From: Bacillota bacterium
GTDB taxonomy: Bacteria > Bacillota > Clostridia > Acetivibrionales > JAFADI01
NCBI GenBank assembly: GCA_023424965.1
Contig: JAFADI010000267.1
Span: 1-41,577 of the forward strand
Direction of reading: 5' to 3'
Length of the DNA: 41,577 bases
Part shown: positions 1 to 7,852 of the stretch, piece after piece
Layout of the letters: every line of letters begins with the position of its first letter
How positions within the stretch are numbered: position 1 is the stretch's first letter
The notes under the pieces: model-generated
Databases searched by the model: none
What the model was told of the DNA's origin: nothing
The model's input: the letters and a program-made list of their open reading frames with translations, nothing else
Position numbers and translations under genes: made by a program

Positions 1-102
1 CCTTATGTGAAAGTGGCCTCTCCCCAAAGAATTGCAGATGAAATTGTACGAAGAGTGAAAAAATCAATCGAAATGTATAATGCAAGGGGGCACACCCGCT
101 GA
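1..102 (+). CDS. 3' end of an upstream gene (C-terminal 33 codons, ...IADEIVRRVKKSIEMYNARGHTR*); product unknown
   Basis: Open frame running from window edge to TGA at 100-102; no family recognised. Confidence 0.3.
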   Translation, partial: PYVKVASPQRIADEIVRRVKKSIEMYNARGHTR

Positions 103-165
103 GCCGGAAGCATTGCTCATAAGGAGGAAATTGCCCCCTTTCGGTTTGGAAAGAAAGGGTAGTGA

Positions 166-498
166 TTTAAAATAAAAATATTATTTTTATGCAGTAGAAA
201 TAAGTGGAGAAGCCTCACTGCCGAAAAGATTTTTAATGGGGTCAACGGCCATGAAGTAAGGTCGGCCGGAACAGAAAACAATGCTAGAATTAAAGTGACA
301 GGTGGGCATATTGGCTGGGCGGACATAATTTTTGTAATGGAGAAAAAACACTTAAGAAGAATCCAAGAGAAATATGGAAATATTCTGAGGGGTAAAAAGG
401 CAATCATTCTGGATATACCGGATGACTATTCTTTTATGGACGAGGAATTGATCGAAATATTGAAGTCCCGTGTTTCCGAATACATGGACATGCTTTAG
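166..498 (+). pseudogene. 5'-truncated low-molecular-weight protein tyrosine phosphatase (YwlE/arsenate-reductase fold) remnant
   Basis: Frame open only from 166 (stops at 160-165). The translation NGHEVRSAG...ADIIFVMEKKHLRRIQEKYG...ILDIPDDY matches the C-terminal two-thirds of LMW-PTPs (VRSAG, DPxxG-like region). The N-terminal CX5R P-loop is absent in all frames upstream. No ATG before the GTG at 295. Confidence 0.55.
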
Positions 499-508
499 AT
501 ATCAAAAA

Positions 509-541
509 AGTTTGCAGCATTTCCAAAGTTGCAAACTTTTT
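509..541 (+). terminator. Rho-independent terminator (AGTTTGCA-loop-TGCAAACT followed by TTTT)
   Basis: 8-bp perfect stem followed by a T-run directly after the PTP remnant. Confidence 0.6.
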
Positions 542-682
542 GTCTGTAAATTGGAAATACCTTCCCGTATACTAAAATTGTTCCTGTTCCCAATGCAAAG
601 ATTTCTGGATGGTCTTGCGGTGCCTTTTACTTCACTTGTAACAGGTATACCGGGAAAGCCGGAACTCAAAAACCTTAGTGCC

Positions 683-762
683 GGAGGTTCGATTCCTCCA
701 TTACTGTAAAGTAATTAGCTCAGCGGTAGAGCATAAGGCAAGGAAAAGGGGTTCAAATCCCC
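683..762 (+). other. tRNA-like arm fragments that do not assemble into a cloverleaf: T-arm-like GGAGGTTCGATTCCTCC, hairpin ATTACTgtaaAGTAAT, D-arm-like GCTCAGCGGTAGAGC, second T-arm-like GGGGTTCAAATCCCC
   Basis: Canonical TPsiC (TTCGATT/TTCAAAT) and D-arm sequences read directly. Only 15 nt lie between the D-arm and the second T-arm, so no anticodon arm. No complementary acceptor strands and no CCA. Confidence 0.3.
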
Positions 763-1087
763 ATCAGATGAGGGATCTGAAGGCTATGGTTTAGCACTCG
801 ATTGAAAATCGAAGGAATGTACTGGAATCTTTGGAGAGAATCCTCGGGCTTTTGCAAATATTTTGCGGAGGCACCGGAACTTAAGCCCTGAAGTGTGCGG
901 ATACCGGGTATGGCAAGCTTGCCCTCGTGCGTGAAGCCATGTTGAATGAGCCGGGCGGAGCCTGGAATTTCAAATGGCCCACGGACAACGGCCTGCAAGC
1001 GATAGCCTCAAGCAGCACTCCGCCGATGTTGCGGGAGGATTCTTGAAAAGGATTCAAAAGCTATTTTTGTTGAAAGGATGGATGAAA

Positions 1088-2212
1088 ATGAAGGTAAGGA
1101 TCAAAAATGACGAAAGAGGTCTGTTATTCAGGGACGGCAACTATGTAAAATGCTTAAAACCCGGGAAGCACTCACTGAATCCCTTTGTTAAATATAGTGT
1201 TATTGTAGCGGATGTTAACCGGGCCTTTGACATAGCAGGGAAAAATATCAACCTGTTTCTCGGAGATGAGGAGCTTTTAAAAGAGCTTACGGTACTGGAT
1301 GTCCAGGACTATGAAATTGCCATACATTTTGAAGACGGCAAGCTTGCGGAAGTTCTGAAATCCGGTAAGTACGCATTCTGGAACGTCCTCAAAAAGCATA
1401 GCTTTAAAGTCGTTGACATCAGAGATCCCCAGGTGAAACCCGATATTGACGCCTCCACCTACACCAACCCCAGGCTGGCAGGATTTGTGGGATACTATGA
1501 AGTGGCAAACCATGAAAAAGGCATACTCTACTACAACAATGTAATTCAGAAAACTCTGGAGCCCGGCAGGTATTTCTTCTGGAAGAGTCCTGTGCATGTG
1601 GCGGTAAAGAACGTAGATTTGCGGCAGCAGCAACTGGATATGACCGGACAGGAAATCATGACGGAGGACAAAATTACCTTGAGGCTGAATTTCGTATGCC
1701 ATTACAGGATTACAGAGCCTTTGAAGGTTGTGGAGGTAAAATCCTTCGAAGAACAGCTCTACATCGTGCTGCAACTGATCCTGAGGGAATATGTGGGGGC
1801 TTTGAAGCTGGATGATCTCCTTCTGAAAAAGCAGGAAATCGGGAGCTACGCCCTGGAAAAATTAAAGGAGAAGAGCGGCAGCTACGGTGTGGAATTCCTG
1901 TTTGCAGGTGTGAAAGACATCATATTGCCCGGGGACATAAAGGATATATTGAACACTGTGCTGATAGCCGAGAAGAAGGCACAGGCCAATGTTATTACCA
2001 GAAGGGAAGAAATCGCCTCCACAAGGAGCCTGCTGAACACTGCAAAGCTTATGGAGGAAAACCAAACGCTTTACAGGCTGAAAGAGCTTGAGTTCCTGGA
2101 AAAGATTTGTGAGAAAATCGGCAATGTTTCGCTGACCGGCGGGGGCAGCCTGCTTGAACAGCTAAATACGCTGCTGTCCAATAAGGCCGGTGACAGAAAA
2201 TGCGGAGTATGA
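1088..2212 (+). CDS. SPFH/Band-7 (stomatin/prohibitin-like) domain protein without TM anchor, with a duplicated N-terminal beta segment
   Basis: SPFH core signature ...MTGQEIMTEDKITLRLNFVCHYRITEP...; two similar N-terminal segments (KVRIKNDERGLLFRDGNYVKCLKPGKH / HEKGILYYNNVIQKTLEPGRYFFW). RBS AAAGGA 9 nt before ATG 1088 (ATG 1082 is an alternative). Confidence 0.8.
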   Translation: MKVRIKNDERGLLFRDGNYVKCLKPGKHSLNPFVKYSVIVADVNRAFDIAGKNINLFLGDEELLKELTVLDVQDYEIAIHFEDGKLAEVLKSGKYAFWNVLKKHSFKVVDIRDPQVKPDIDASTYTNPRLAGFVGYYEVANHEKGILYYNNVIQKTLEPGRYFFWKSPVHVAVKNVDLRQQQLDMTGQEIMTEDKITLRLNFVCHYRITEPLKVVEVKSFEEQLYIVLQLILREYVGALKLDDLLLKKQEIGSYALEKLKEKSGSYGVEFLFAGVKDIILPGDIKDILNTVLIAEKKAQANVITRREEIASTRSLLNTAKLMEENQTLYRLKELEFLEKICEKIGNVSLTGGGSLLEQLNTLLSNKAGDRKCGV

Positions 2213-2305
2213 GATTATAGACATAGCGTTAGCGGTCTCCTTTGCTGGAAGTTAGCTTTAGCAAGGGAGATTTGCCATATAAAAAGATAGAGATGTGGTG
2301 AAGTT

Positions 2306-3496
2306 ATGATAGAAATCAAAGGAAAGTACAATACGGCAAAGGTTTTTACCGACAATGTGGAGGACGTGGCGGTGGCCCAGATCCTGGAGCTTTGCAACCA
2401 GGAGTTCGTTAAGGACAGCAGCATAAGGATTATGCCGGATACCCATGCGGGTGCCGGCTGCACCATTGGGACCACCATGACCATTTCCGACAAGGTGGTG
2501 CCCAACCTTGTGGGTGTTGACATCGGCTGCGGCATGGAAACCATAAAGCTTAAAAACAAAGAACTGGACTTAGGCAAGCTGGATAGGGTGATTCATGAAC
2601 ATATACCGTCCGGTTTTGATACGAGAAAAAAGCAGCATTCCTATGTAGAAAAAATTGATTTTGACAAGCTGGCGTGCAAAAAGAATGTGGGCATAGACCG
2701 GGCCAGGCTGAGCGTCGGTACATTAGGCGGAGGAAATCACTTCATCGAGGTAAACAAAGACGGGGCTGGAGAGTTGTATCTTGTGGTGCATTCAGGGAGC
2801 AGGCACCTCGGCAAACAAGTTGCCGAGTTCTACCAGGCCCTTGGATACAAGGAGCTGGTAAAAAACAGTGAATATCTTTCGGAGCTCGTCGGAAGACTAA
2901 AGGCGGAAGGCCGTGAAAAGGAGATTCAAGAGGAAATCCGGAATGCAAAGCCCTTGAAGATCAACAAGCAGCTTGCCTATGTGCAGGGAAAAAGCTATGA
3001 GAATTACTTGAATGACATGAAAATCGTACAAAAATTTGCGGTGCTTAACCGCAAGGCGATGGTGGATGAGATTGTAAAGCGGATGGAAATTGATATTGCG
3101 GAGCAGTTCGCCACAATCCACAATTATATTGACCTGGACCATATGATTCTCAGAAAGGGTGCAATTTCCGCACGCAGTGGGGAGAGAGTCCTGATTCCCA
3201 TCAACATGCGGGACGGAAGCCTGATTTGTACCAGAAAGGGCAATAAGGATTGGAATTATTCTGCACCCCATGGGGCAGGCAGGTTGATGAGCAGGAGCAA
3301 GGCAAAGGAAGTTATAAGCCTGGAGGAGTTCAAAAAATCCATGGAAGGTATCTATTCAACCACCGTTAACCGGTCCACTCTGGACGAATGCGCTCTGGCC
3401 TACAAACCGATGGATGAAATCGTAAGCAACATTCAGGACACGGTAGAAATCGTTGACAGAATTAAACCGGTATATAATTTTAAGGCAGCCGAGTGA
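2306..3496 (+). CDS. rtcB: RtcB-family RNA 3'-phosphate ligase (short ~400-aa form)
   Basis: Motifs MPDTHAGAGCTIG, GGGNHFIE and APHGAGR resemble the RtcB metal/GTP-binding motifs. Confidence 0.85.
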   Translation: MIEIKGKYNTAKVFTDNVEDVAVAQILELCNQEFVKDSSIRIMPDTHAGAGCTIGTTMTISDKVVPNLVGVDIGCGMETIKLKNKELDLGKLDRVIHEHIPSGFDTRKKQHSYVEKIDFDKLACKKNVGIDRARLSVGTLGGGNHFIEVNKDGAGELYLVVHSGSRHLGKQVAEFYQALGYKELVKNSEYLSELVGRLKAEGREKEIQEEIRNAKPLKINKQLAYVQGKSYENYLNDMKIVQKFAVLNRKAMVDEIVKRMEIDIAEQFATIHNYIDLDHMILRKGAISARSGERVLIPINMRDGSLICTRKGNKDWNYSAPHGAGRLMSRSKAKEVISLEEFKKSMEGIYSTTVNRSTLDECALAYKPMDEIVSNIQDTVEIVDRIKPVYNFKAAE

Positions 3497-3509
3497 GCAA
3501 AAGGAATTT

Positions 3510-3545
3510 ATGCCTGTGCGAAATTTTCGGCTTGCGCTGAAACCC
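3510..3545 (+). repeat. Copy 1 of a ~35-nt intergenic motif ATGC..GTGCgAAATTTTCGGC....GC.GAAA containing a small hairpin (TTTCGGC/GCtGAAA)
   Basis: Direct comparison with the second copy at 3681-3716. Confidence 0.5.
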
Positions 3546-3554
3546 ACATGCCTA

Positions 3555-3618
3555 CGGGGACAGTTCTCAACTTTCTTTGCCGTCAATATAAAAGCTGTAG
3601 AAGTTGAGGACTGTCCCC
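3555..3618. repeat. Long inverted repeat/hairpin: 18-bp stem (GGGGACAGTTCTCAACTT / AAGTTGAGGACTGTCCCC, 1 mismatch) with a 28-nt loop, followed by an A-run
   Basis: Read directly; not a canonical terminator on either strand (A-run downstream on +, T-run upstream on -). Confidence 0.6.
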
Positions 3619-3680
3619 AAAAAAAAGAATTCATGATAAATAACCGCATACATGCTTACTGCGGTTATTATATAGAATTT

Positions 3681-3716
3681 ATGCGCGTGCAAGATTTTCG
3701 GCGGTGCCGAAATGCA
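3681..3716 (+). repeat. Copy 2 of the 35-nt motif (ATGCGCGTGCAAGATTTTCGGCGGTGCCGAAATGC) with perfect mini-hairpin TTTCGGC-ggt-GCCGAAA
   Basis: Aligned by eye to 3510-3545. Confidence 0.5.
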
Positions 3717-3730
3717 CTTGCGCAATTATA

Positions 3731-3754
3731 GCATGAATTCTTGCAAATTCATGC
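3731..3754. promoter_or_regulatory. Palindromic operator-like site GCATGAAT-N8-ATTCATGC overlapping the TTGCAA/TATAAT promoter-like hexamers upstream of topB
   Basis: 8-bp perfect inverted arms, with TATAAT immediately downstream. Confidence 0.4.
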
Positions 3755-3765
3755 TATAATATAAT

Positions 3766-3788
3766 AGCCATAGGAATATGGCTTTTTT
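3766..3788 (+). terminator. Terminator-like hairpin (GCCATA-ggaa-TATGGC + TTTTTTT) inside the topB leader, 33 nt before the topB start; possible attenuator
   Basis: 6-bp stem, GGAA tetraloop and a 7-T run read directly. Confidence 0.4.
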
Positions 3789-3820
3789 TATGACATTAAT
3801 AAAAGTATGAGGAGCAGGAT

Positions 3821-5989
3821 ATGGGAAAAATTTTGGTTTTGACGGAAAAACCCTCGGTGGCCAGGGATATTGCAAAGGTGCTGGGCTGCACCCAGAACGG
3901 CAACGGCTGCATCATGGGTTCAAAATACATCATCACCTGGGCGCTGGGACATCTGGTGACGCTGGCCGACCCTGAGGCGTACGGCAGCAAATATAAATCA
4001 TGGAATCTTGAAGACCTGCCCATGCTTCCCAGGAAAATGGAGCTGGTGGTCATCCGGGAAACGGCAAAGCAGTTCGGAGCCGTGCGGGGGCTCATGAGCC
4101 GGGACGACATCGACGAACTGGTCATCGCCACCGATGCGGGGCGAGAAGGGGAACTGGTGGCGCGCTGGATCATAGAAAAGGCGGGCTTCCGCAAGCCCAT
4201 AAAGCGCCTGTGGATTTCCTCCCAGACGGATAAGGCCATCAAGGAAGGCTTTGCAAACCTTAAGCCCGGAAGGGAATACGACAATCTTTACATGTCGGCC
4301 CAGAGCCGGGCGGAGGCGGATTGGCTGGTGGGCCTCAATGTCACAAGGGCTCTCACCTGCAAATACAACGCGCAGCTTTCGGCGGGGAGGGTCCAGACCC
4401 CCACGCTGGCAATGATTGTCGAACGGGAAAATGAGATACGAAAATTCGTGCCCAGGGATTTTTGGACCATCAGCGGCAAAGTGAACGGCTTTGACATGCA
4501 GTGGAAGGATCCGGCCAATGGGAACACAAGGATCTTCGATAAAGCAAAGGCGGAGGAAATTGTGGCAAAAGTAGCCAACCAGGAGGGCAGGATCGCAGAA
4601 GTCGGCAAAGATGCGAAGAAAGAACTGCCGCCCCTTGCCTATGACCTGACGGAGCTCCAGCGGGATGCCAACAGGCGGTACGGCTATTCCGCCAAAAAGA
4701 CCCTGTCCCTCATGCAGAAGCTGTATGAAGCACACAAGCTGGTGACCTATCCCAGGACCGATTCCAGGTATATCTCGGAGGATATCGTTCCCACCCTGCC
4801 GGAACGGTTGAAGAGCATTGCAGTGGGACCCTATACCGCCATGGCCCGGGAGGTTTTGAAGAACAGGCTCAATGTGACCAAGCGGTTTGTGGACGGCAGC
4901 AAGGTTTCTGACCATCATGCCATCATACCCACCGAGCAATTTGTGAACCTTGGCTCCTTGAGCCAGGAGGAGCGCAATATCTACGACCTGATTGTAAAGC
5001 GGTTTATCGCGGTTTTGAATCCCCCCTTCGAATATGAGCAAACTACCGTAAGGGTGGAGGTCAGGGGAGAACAGTTTTACGCAAAAGGAAAGATCGTGAA
5101 AGCCCTGGGTTGGAAGTCGGTGTACGGCAGTTCCGACAAGCTGGAGGAGGACGAGGAGGAAGAGGATCAGGACCAGTCCCTTCCGGAGGTTACGAAAGGA
5201 CAGACGGTGAAATTGCTTTCCGCCAGGCCTGTCAACGGCAAGACGAAGCCACCGGCCAGGTACAACGAAGCCACGCTGCTTTCGGCCATGGAGCATCCGG
5301 GAAAGTTTGTAGAGGACAAAGCCTTGAGAGAGGCGCTGGAAAGCACCAGCGGCCTTGGCACGCCGGCCACCAGGGCGGATATCATCGAAAAGCTCTTTGA
5401 TACCTTCTATGTGGAAAGACGGGGAAAAGAAATCTTTCCTACCTCAAAGGGAATTCAATTGATCGGGCTGGTGCCTTCCGACCTGAAGTCACCGGAGCTG
5501 ACGGCAAAATGGGAACAAAACCTGCAGTTGATCAGCAAAGGGAAGGCCAATGCAAACAAGTTTGTGGAAGAGATGAAGAATTACGCCTCGAAGCTGGTTT
5601 CCAATGTCATTGCAAGCACGGAGGGCTACCGGCATGACAACATGACCAGGGAAAAGTGCCCCGAGTGCGGAAAATACCTTCTGGACGTCAACGGAAAGAA
5701 GGGGAAAATGCTCGTGTGCCCCGACAGGGACTGCGGCTACAGGAAGGGAATTTCCCAGGTATCCAATGCCAGGTGCCCGGAGTGCCACAAAAAGATGGAG
5801 ATACGGGGAGAAGGGGAAAACAAGACTTTTTATTGCACCTGCGGGTACAGGGAAAAGTTGGAGGCCTTCAAGAAGAGAAAGGGAGAACATGTCGACAAGA
5901 GGGAAGTCAGCAAGTTCCTGAAGCAGCAGGATGAGGGTGAAAGCATCAACTCCGCGCTGGCAGAAGCCCTGGCCAAGTGGAAGAAATAG
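3821..5989 (+). CDS. topB: Type IA DNA topoisomerase III with three C-terminal C4 zinc ribbons
   Basis: N-terminus MGKILVLTEKPSVARDIAKVLG (the EKPS Toprim motif typical of topo III rather than topo I), 722 aa; C-terminal CPECG...CPDRDCG, CPECH...CTCG. Confidence 0.85.
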   Translation: MGKILVLTEKPSVARDIAKVLGCTQNGNGCIMGSKYIITWALGHLVTLADPEAYGSKYKSWNLEDLPMLPRKMELVVIRETAKQFGAVRGLMSRDDIDELVIATDAGREGELVARWIIEKAGFRKPIKRLWISSQTDKAIKEGFANLKPGREYDNLYMSAQSRAEADWLVGLNVTRALTCKYNAQLSAGRVQTPTLAMIVERENEIRKFVPRDFWTISGKVNGFDMQWKDPANGNTRIFDKAKAEEIVAKVANQEGRIAEVGKDAKKELPPLAYDLTELQRDANRRYGYSAKKTLSLMQKLYEAHKLVTYPRTDSRYISEDIVPTLPERLKSIAVGPYTAMAREVLKNRLNVTKRFVDGSKVSDHHAIIPTEQFVNLGSLSQEERNIYDLIVKRFIAVLNPPFEYEQTTVRVEVRGEQFYAKGKIVKALGWKSVYGSSDKLEEDEEEEDQDQSLPEVTKGQTVKLLSARPVNGKTKPPARYNEATLLSAMEHPGKFVEDKALREALESTSGLGTPATRADIIEKLFDTFYVERRGKEIFPTSKGIQLIGLVPSDLKSPELTAKWEQNLQLISKGKANANKFVEEMKNYASKLVSNVIASTEGYRHDNMTREKCPECGKYLLDVNGKKGKMLVCPDRDCGYRKGISQVSNARCPECHKKMEIRGEGENKTFYCTCGYREKLEAFKKRKGEHVDKREVSKFLKQQDEGESINSALAEALAKWKK

Positions 5990-6059
5990 CTTTTTCAGAC
6001 TCCGTATGAAAATAAGCGTATGTAAGCTTGAGTTCAAAAAAGGAGGCTTGAAAAGCGTG

Positions 6060-6461
6060 ATGAAAAAACTTATTATTGCCGTCATTTCCGTTGTTTTATT
6101 GATTTCCGCCGGAGTGTATGTTTTCTACGTCCTGCCCAATAACCGGGAGCTGGAGGCCGTCAGAAAAATGCCCATTGAAGATGTGGACCTGGGAAAGGTG
6201 AAGGACGGGACTTACAACGGAGCCTATGTTTACGGCTCACACACCTATGAGGTACAGGTGAGGGTGGGGGACCACAGGATTGAGAAAATTGACGTGGTCA
6301 GCAACCGGGACACCTCCCATGCCAAAAAAGCGGAAGGGGTCATTGATCGGGTCCTGGAGAAGCAGGCCGTGAATGTGGATGTGGTATCCGGCGCCACCAC
6401 CACCAGCAAAGCCTTGCTTAAAGCGATCGAAAATGCAGTGAAATCCGGTCTGGAGGAATAG
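6060..6461 (+). CDS. FMN-binding domain protein (FMN_bind family), N-terminal membrane anchor
   Basis: MKKLIIAVISVVLLISAG... TM segment; C-terminal VVSGATTTSKALLKAIENA typical of FMN_bind. RBS AGGAGG precedes the start; a GTG at 6057 is an alternative start. Confidence 0.75.
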   Translation: MKKLIIAVISVVLLISAGVYVFYVLPNNRELEAVRKMPIEDVDLGKVKDGTYNGAYVYGSHTYEVQVRVGDHRIEKIDVVSNRDTSHAKKAEGVIDRVLEKQAVNVDVVSGATTTSKALLKAIENAVKSGLEE

Positions 6462-6494
6462 CAGTATAATGCCTTTTTAGGAATGCGTTGCGAA

Positions 6495-6977
6495 TCAGGT
6501 TTTTGTGTTGCCGGCGGCTGATCTGACGAGTGTATAGGTATGCCAGCTGTTTGCAAAATGACCCGCTGCCAGGAAAACCACCGCCGCACCGAGCCAGAGG
6601 GATTCTCCCAGCATGGCCGCAAAGGCGAAGGCCAGGACAGGCAGGACTGCCATGGGGATGGGGATAAACTTGAAAGGCTCAAAAAGCAGCGAAAATCTGC
6701 GCCCTTTCACAACATACCTTGTCCATAAGCTGTAATAGGCCAGTATGCAGAGCACCATCAACACAAACGGAGGGTTGACGGTCAAAGGGCTGAAGCTGTC
6801 CTTTGAGATGCAAAGCAACAGGAGGCAGCCAATTTGTCCCGTTCTTTCCAGCAGGGTGAAGATAAACCCCGAATCCTTTAAACCTTCCGGAACCTTTTCG
6901 GGTGGAAACAGCCAAACAAGCAAATTTGGAATAAGTATTGCTAGTGCGATGAGAAACCCTGCTACCGAAAAACCCAT
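6495..6977 (-). CDS. Hypothetical polytopic membrane protein (160 aa), last gene of the minus-strand 4-gene module
   Basis: Internal ATG at 6977 with strong RBS AAGGAGAAGG; 4-5 hydrophobic segments. The longer 213-aa ORF in the track lacks an RBS. Confidence 0.6.
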   Translation of the reverse strand: MGFSVAGFLIALAILIPNLLVWLFPPEKVPEGLKDSGFIFTLLERTGQIGCLLLLCISKDSFSPLTVNPPFVLMVLCILAYYSLWTRYVVKGRRFSLLFEPFKFIPIPMAVLPVLAFAFAAMLGESLWLGAAVVFLAAGHFANSWHTYTLVRSAAGNTKT

Positions 6978-7014
6978 AAACCTTCTCCTTTGTAAAACAC
7001 CCCGGAAGATGCCT

Positions 7015-7842
7015 TTAAAATTTTCCGCCCCCTCCGCCATGGCTTCTTCCGCTGCTGCCATGATGAGTGCTGCTTCCACCGGAGCCGGAGTCATTTTGAA
7101 TCCTGACGCGGGTGGTTGTTTCCCTGACATAGTCATCGCTGGAAGCTGTCAGTTTAAAGGAACCTTCTTCTTCGTAGGTCCGGTTGCTGATTGTAATTTT
7201 GCCTTTGCTTGACAGGGAAGCGAGGATGGTGGCAATAAGCGCTACAACTGTTGCCGTTATATAGACGGCGGGAAGTTGCACCTGCCTTGCGACCCTTTCC
7301 AGATACGTGCCGGGAGCGGCGGATTCCTGCCCTCCGGGCACAGTTTCCGGTGCTTCGGTGTCTATTCTGTGCTGTCCTTCCGGTATCCCCTTATCGGCAT
7401 AAAATCTCACTTTGCTGATAAATTCCTTACAGCTGTTGTAATAATCGGCTTTTGACAGAAAACCGCCAACGGCACTCACCATCTCCGATATTCTGGCATC
7501 GGTGAAAATATCAATGGCTTTGCCCGTTGTGGAGATCCACAATTCCCTTTCCTTCATGTTGATCAGCAGCAGCAGGCCGGACTTGTCGCTTCCCGCACCA
7601 AAACCGTTGTAGTCGTAATAGTCGTCGGCAAAGTCTCTGGAAGACTTGCCTTCCGTATCCTCCGTGGTGACAATGACCACATCCAGGCCATAATCCTTGA
7701 CAACTCCGTCAATCAGACTCTGAACTTCTTTCAGTTCCTCTTCCTTCAGAAGGCCCAGGGAATCCTTGACTTTCTCAGTTTCAGCCGCCAGCACCTGCAT
7801 TTGTCCTACAAGCAGAACAAACATCAAAGCCAGCAGCAGCAC
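7015..7842 (-). CDS. TPM-domain (YgcG-like) protein: signal peptide, TPM domain, TM helix, Gly/Ser-rich tail
   Basis: Signal-like LLLALMFVLLVGQMQVLAAE; TPM-like core; C-terminal ...GSGGSSTHHGSSGRSHGGGGGKF. GTG start at 7842 with AGGAAG RBS, 11 nt after the upstream gene's stop. Confidence 0.75.
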   Translation of the reverse strand: MLLLALMFVLLVGQMQVLAAETEKVKDSLGLLKEEELKEVQSLIDGVVKDYGLDVVIVTTEDTEGKSSRDFADDYYDYNGFGAGSDKSGLLLLINMKERELWISTTGKAIDIFTDARISEMVSAVGGFLSKADYYNSCKEFISKVRFYADKGIPEGQHRIDTEAPETVPGGQESAAPGTYLERVARQVQLPAVYITATVVALIATILASLSSKGKITISNRTYEEEGSFKLTASSDDYVRETTTRVRIQNDSGSGGSSTHHGSSGRSHGGGGGKF

Positions 7843-7852
7843 ACTTATCTTC

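Noticed and set aside
683-790. Intact tRNA gene or tmRNA (ssrA)
   Set aside because: D-arm and T-arm sequences are present, but the spacing leaves no room for an anticodon arm, there are no complementary acceptor strands and no CCA. Firmicute tmRNA 5'/3' signatures (GGGG..ACGGATTCGAC ... GCTCCACCA) are absent. The apparent acceptor pairing ATTACT/AGTAAT is a simple local hairpin.
3555-3627. Rho-independent terminator for rtcB
   Set aside because: The 18-bp hairpin is followed by an A-run on the + strand and preceded by no T-run usable on the - strand, so it does not fit the intrinsic terminator rule on either strand. Reported as a structural repeat instead.
3998-5296. 432-aa ORF on the minus strand
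   Set aside because: Antisense shadow of the high-GC topB gene; Pro/Gly/Arg-rich low-complexity translation; no RBS; entirely inside a confidently assigned gene.
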